From assembly GCA_965208635.1 (NCBI GenBank), contig OZ242349.1, positions 4,992,468 to 5,056,467 of the forward strand: a stretch of DNA of 64,000 nt, written 5' to 3'. The notes under the pieces were generated by a model. The model saw only the letters and a list, made by a program, of their open reading frames with translations. It ran no database searches and was not told the DNA's origin. Position 1 is the first letter of the stretch, and each line of letters opens with the position of its first letter. The DNA is from Candidatus Poribacteria bacterium. Its GTDB lineage: Bacteria; Poribacteria; WGA-4E; WGA-3G. A program made the translations under genes and the position numbers. Positions 60,695 to 64,000 of this stretch are shown here, in pieces.

Positions 60695-61147
60695 CTATTC
60701 TTCTTTTTCAGCGGATTCAGATGCTACTTCGTCTGATTTTGCCTCTTCTTCAGCGGACTCCGACCTCTCTTCCTCGGGTGTTGCTTCCTCGGGGGAGGTA
60801 TCCGTTTCAGACGCTGCGTCCTGTGTCTCGGTAGGTTCAAGATCGTCCGTCTCTGCGACTTCATCCCCTGGTATCGGTTTCCCTAATCTTTCATACTCGA
60901 ATTTCATCAAAATCCCATTTTGGGTGAGCAGTCGTTTTGCGGTATCTGAAGGTTGCGCCCCGCGTCTTAACCACTTCAAGGCTTTCTCTTCATCAATGAA
61001 AACATCTGCCGGATCCGTCATAGGATTGTAATGACCGAGACGTTCTAAAAACACGCCATCCCTTTGGGCGCGTGCATCAGCCGCGACGAGTCGATAAAAA
61101 GGACGTTTCTTTCTACCGTGTCGTTGTAATCTAATTCTAACTGCCAA
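60695..61147 (-). CDS. rpsP: 30S ribosomal protein S16 with acidic C-terminal extension
   Basis: [24 protein letters not shown]; AAGGAGG SD, TTG start. Confidence 0.97.
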   Translation of the reverse strand: MAVRIRLQRHGRKKRPFYRLVAADARAQRDGVFLERLGHYNPMTDPADVFIDEEKALKWLRRGAQPSDTAKRLLTQNGILMKFEYERLGKPIPGDEVAETDDLEPTETQDAASETDTSPEEATPEEERSESAEEEAKSDEVASESAEKEE

Positions 61148-61171
61148 AAAATACCTCCTTGGTATTTACAC

Positions 61172-61368
61172 TAACCCAAGTTGCCACTTATTTACCAACA
61201 TAGCACTCCGCTGGAGTGCGAGCGAGGGTTGAATACGCCAATTCTATAGACATATCACCCCGGAATCAACGGTATGACGGTTCTCCGTATGGCATTCCCC
61301 GGGGGTGAAGAAACGCACCGAAAAGGGTTCTTCAAACGTGTAGAATTCGTTGGTAGCAAGTTGAGTTA
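61172..61368. mobile_element. MITE-like element between ffh and rpsP
   Basis: Imperfect TIRs taacccaagttgc / gcaagttgagtta; internal gcactcc-gct-ggagtgc and tcacccc..ggggtga hairpins. Confidence 0.55.
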
Positions 61369-61405
61369 ACCTACTTGCACAGAAGGCAACCCTCTCTGAG
61401 TCGCG

Positions 61406-62806
61406 CTATCGTGATTTGCGGCGTTTCCGTCGTTTTCGAGGCTTTCTCGATGTCTGCCGTTTCAACCCCGGCAGAGAACCCATTTTCCGTCCCATCTGTG
61501 GCATCGCCATCGCCGCCTGCTGGTTTAGCATACGATTCATCATTTGCAACTGAGAAACCAGCATATTTATTTGATTCACTGTTGTTCCACTGCCTTTGGA
61601 AATGCGAAGTTTTCGACTTCTATCCAACATCCGAGGATTCTTCCGTTCCTCAAGTGTCATTGAATGGATGATCGCTTTCGCCGTTCGCAAATGGCTTTCA
61701 TCTGGGGTCAGGTCTTGAACAGGCAACTGATTTTTAAAGGGCATCAGATCCATCAATTGATCCAAGGGTCCCATATTCTTAAGCTGCTCCAGTTGCGTGA
61801 GAAAATCGTCAAAATCTAAACCTTTTTGCTCTGTGAGTTTACGTTCAAGTTCTTTCGCCTGATCTTCGGTAAATACTTCTTCGGCTTTTTCAAGCAACGT
61901 TTGGAAATCGCCTTGTCCGAGGATACGCGAGGACATCCGTTCAGGATGGAATTCCTCTAACGCTGCGGCTTCAATTTTTTCACCGACACCGATGAACTTA
62001 ATCGGTTTCTGTGTGACATGCCGGATAGAGAGTGCCGCACCCCCCCGAGCATCACCATCCATTTTCGTGAGGATAACACCATCAATCGCCAAATCATTAT
62101 TGAAATTTTCGGCGACGTTCACGGCATCCTGTCCCGTCATTGCATCAACGATAAGCAGGATTTCTGTAGGTTCCACCCGTTCCTTGATCTGCCGAAGTTC
62201 ACCCATTAACGTATCATCAATGTGTAAACGTCCAGCAGTGTCGATGATAACGCAGTTATGTCCGTGTGCTAAAGCTTCCGTGACAGATGCCTCAGCGATA
62301 TCAACAGGAGAGACCTCTGTGCCCATTGAGAACACTGGAGTTTCCGTCTGTTCACCGAGAACTTGCAGCTGTTTAATGGCGGCAGGTCGATACACATCAG
62401 CGGCAACAAGCAAGGGTTTGCGTCCCTCTTTGCGAAATCGAAGTGCTAACTTCGCCGCGACAGTCGTTTTACCCGCCCCTTGCAACCCTGCAAGCATTAC
62501 GATTGTTGGGCCGCCTGGTGCGATGCGAATCTTCTCGGCTTTTTCACCCATCAATTGGGTGAGTTCCTCACCAATAATTCGGGCAATTTGCAGTTCTGGT
62601 GTCAGACTTCCGAGGACATCTTGACCGAGGGCGCGCACTTTAATCCGTTCTATAAACTCACGTGTGACTTTATAGTTCACATCTGCTTCAAGAAACGCAC
62701 GACGCACCTCACGCAGTGTATCAGAGATATTGTTCTCTGTTAATTTCCCCTGTCCCTTGAGTTTTTTGAAGGTGCTTTGTAACCTATCGCCCAAGCTTTC
62801 AAACAT
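61406..62806 (-). CDS. ffh: Signal recognition particle protein Ffh
   Basis: GLQGAGKTT, DVYRPAA, DTAGR, TKMDGDARGG, M domain. Confidence 0.98.
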   Translation of the reverse strand: MFESLGDRLQSTFKKLKGQGKLTENNISDTLREVRRAFLEADVNYKVTREFIERIKVRALGQDVLGSLTPELQIARIIGEELTQLMGEKAEKIRIAPGGPTIVMLAGLQGAGKTTVAAKLALRFRKEGRKPLLVAADVYRPAAIKQLQVLGEQTETPVFSMGTEVSPVDIAEASVTEALAHGHNCVIIDTAGRLHIDDTLMGELRQIKERVEPTEILLIVDAMTGQDAVNVAENFNNDLAIDGVILTKMDGDARGGAALSIRHVTQKPIKFIGVGEKIEAAALEEFHPERMSSRILGQGDFQTLLEKAEEVFTEDQAKELERKLTEQKGLDFDDFLTQLEQLKNMGPLDQLMDLMPFKNQLPVQDLTPDESHLRTAKAIIHSMTLEERKNPRMLDRSRKLRISKGSGTTVNQINMLVSQLQMMNRMLNQQAAMAMPQMGRKMGSLPGLKRQTSRKPRKRRKRRKSR

Positions 62807-62972
62807 TGTTTATGCGTCCTCTGTTGTAGGAATGAGATGTGCCTGCGACCTGTGCTCGATGCAAAATGTGTAATTATCCACGCCGTTAACGAAAATGACC
62901 AAAATGCTTTATCAAATCTACATAAACCTGTGTGTAAATTCGCGCCACGAGAAGACAATACCTAACTATACA

Positions 62973-63001
62973 ATTATAGCAAATTTTATGCCTGATGTCA
63001 A
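62973..63001 (-). promoter_or_regulatory. Consensus sigma70 promoter of the ffh operon
   Basis: TTGACA-17 bp-TATAAT with TG extension on the minus strand. Confidence 0.8.
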
Positions 63002-63015
63002 ACTTTTTTTCATGC

Positions 63016-63044
63016 TTGACATAAACGCATACCTATGCTAAAAC
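63016..63044 (+). promoter_or_regulatory. Divergent sigma70-like promoter
   Basis: TTGACA-17 bp-TAAAAC with TG extension, 7 bp before ATG 63052. Confidence 0.5.
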
Positions 63045-63051
63045 TATAGTT

Positions 63052-64000
63052 ATGAAAATAACAACCATCACACAGCAACATCAGAAATTTTCGATCTGCA
63101 ACCTCTTCATCCCCCTCATCTGCGTTTTAACGGCTTTCTATTGCGGGTGCCAAGGTGAGACCTTCAATCTCGATGTCGGCAGCACTTCAGAAATTATAGA
63201 GAAATCCGGTGAACTGACAGAGAATGAGGTCTGGGACGGACGCATCTATATTACCGACACTCTTGTTGTTCCCGAAGGTGTCACACTGACCATCCGATCG
63301 GGCACTATCGTTGGTTTTGAACCAATAGACACACCAACCCAACTCATCGTGCATGGTGAACTCTACGCAGAAGGATCGCCAGAGAGGATGATCGTCTTCG
63401 GTTCCTTGGGCAGGCAGCGCGAACAGGAACCAAAACCTGAGCCAGAAATCCCCTTTACATCAGCAGTTTCAGACTTTGAAACTATGGGCATGGAAGAAAA
63501 CGCCAGCACCGCAACTCAGATAACTTTAACCGCCGATCCACCAAAGGCTGGCGATTGGGCAGGAATTCAGATTGAAGCCGATAGCCCGAATAGTCGACTT
63601 ACATACTGCCGTATCCAACACGCAAATATTGGTATCACATGCCGAACAGATGCCGTCCAAATCGAGAGATGTCTCCTGAGTGAAAACAAAACAGGGATCC
63701 TTTCTGAAAATACCAGCCCGACTATTACCAGCAACGAATTTAATAGAAACGGCACAGGCACACAATTCCGCGGAAGCGCGTCACCGGATGTAGAATACAA
63801 CGAGTTCACGGCTAACAATTACGGAATTATATGCGAAGATGACGCTCGACCCCGTATTCAGTATAACATTCTCCGCGCCAACTACGAGAACGCTATCGTC
63901 TGTTATTCCACCGCCTCACCAGAGATAGTCTCCAATAACATAACGTTGAACGTCGGTTGGGCGGTGTTCGATGGGGGCAGGCTCCGAGACAATTTCATTC
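63052..64000 (+). CDS. Parallel beta-helix (NosD-like) lipoprotein, truncated by window end
   Basis: Manual translation MKITTITQ...LTAFYCGCQGE...VVPEGVTLTI..GT...LIVHGELYAEG...GDWAGI...SPTITSNEF repeats; open to the window edge. Confidence 0.8.
   Translation, partial: MKITTITQQHQKFSICNLFIPLICVLTAFYCGCQGETFNLDVGSTSEIIEKSGELTENEVWDGRIYITDTLVVPEGVTLTIRSGTIVGFEPIDTPTQLIVHGELYAEGSPERMIVFGSLGRQREQEPKPEPEIPFTSAVSDFETMGMEENASTATQITLTADPPKAGDWAGIQIEADSPNSRLTYCRIQHANIGITCRTDAVQIERCLLSENKTGILSENTSPTITSNEFNRNGTGTQFRGSASPDVEYNEFTANNYGIICEDDARPRIQYNILRANYENAIVCYSTASPEIVSNNITLNVGWAVFDGGRLRDNFI

Noticed and set aside
61992-62624. 210-aa plus-strand ORF
   Set aside because: Antisense shadow of ffh.
62807-62965. 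SRP RNA (ffs) upstream of ffh
   Set aside because: The conserved domain IV motif (CAGG..GNRA..AGCAG) is not visible.

Overview
A gene-dense 64-kb bacterial chromosome segment with about 55 CDSs. The gene families suggest Candidatus Poribacteria or a relative (inference, not verified): two PhyH dioxygenases, a dockerin plus PNYPNPFNPETWIPY C-terminal module, TolB-like proteins ending in AVxxxxKLxxxWGxxK, and a membrane-anchored ECF sigma factor. Housekeeping content includes pckG, the ffh-rpsP-khpA-trmD-rplS-rnhB...yraN string (rimM absent, a ~6.5-kb insert between rnhB and yraN), ubiX, an M32 carboxypeptidase and an extended Pho-box-controlled pst operon. Mobile or defence content is a tnpB-only IS200/IS605 element, an Rpn nuclease, an orphan antitoxin, and many REP, MITE and heptamer repeats. 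No rRNA, tRNA or CRISPR array was seen. The most notable observations are: (1) two adjacent PstB ATPases with reciprocal motif degeneration, predicting an asymmetric heterodimer, in an operon that also holds a K+ channel; (2) a dispersed repeat whose end (CCGCAAGGNAWAATTAAAAM) abuts the start codon of four unrelated genes, with a partial copy at a fifth; (3) a tnpB with intact catalytic motifs interrupted only by two in-frame TGA codons and preceded by a candidate pseudoknotted 5' leader RNA; (4) an Rpn with an internal SD/ATG and a 1-bp slip in a 12-bp repeat; (5) a secreted YdjY-like/acylphosphatase fusion.
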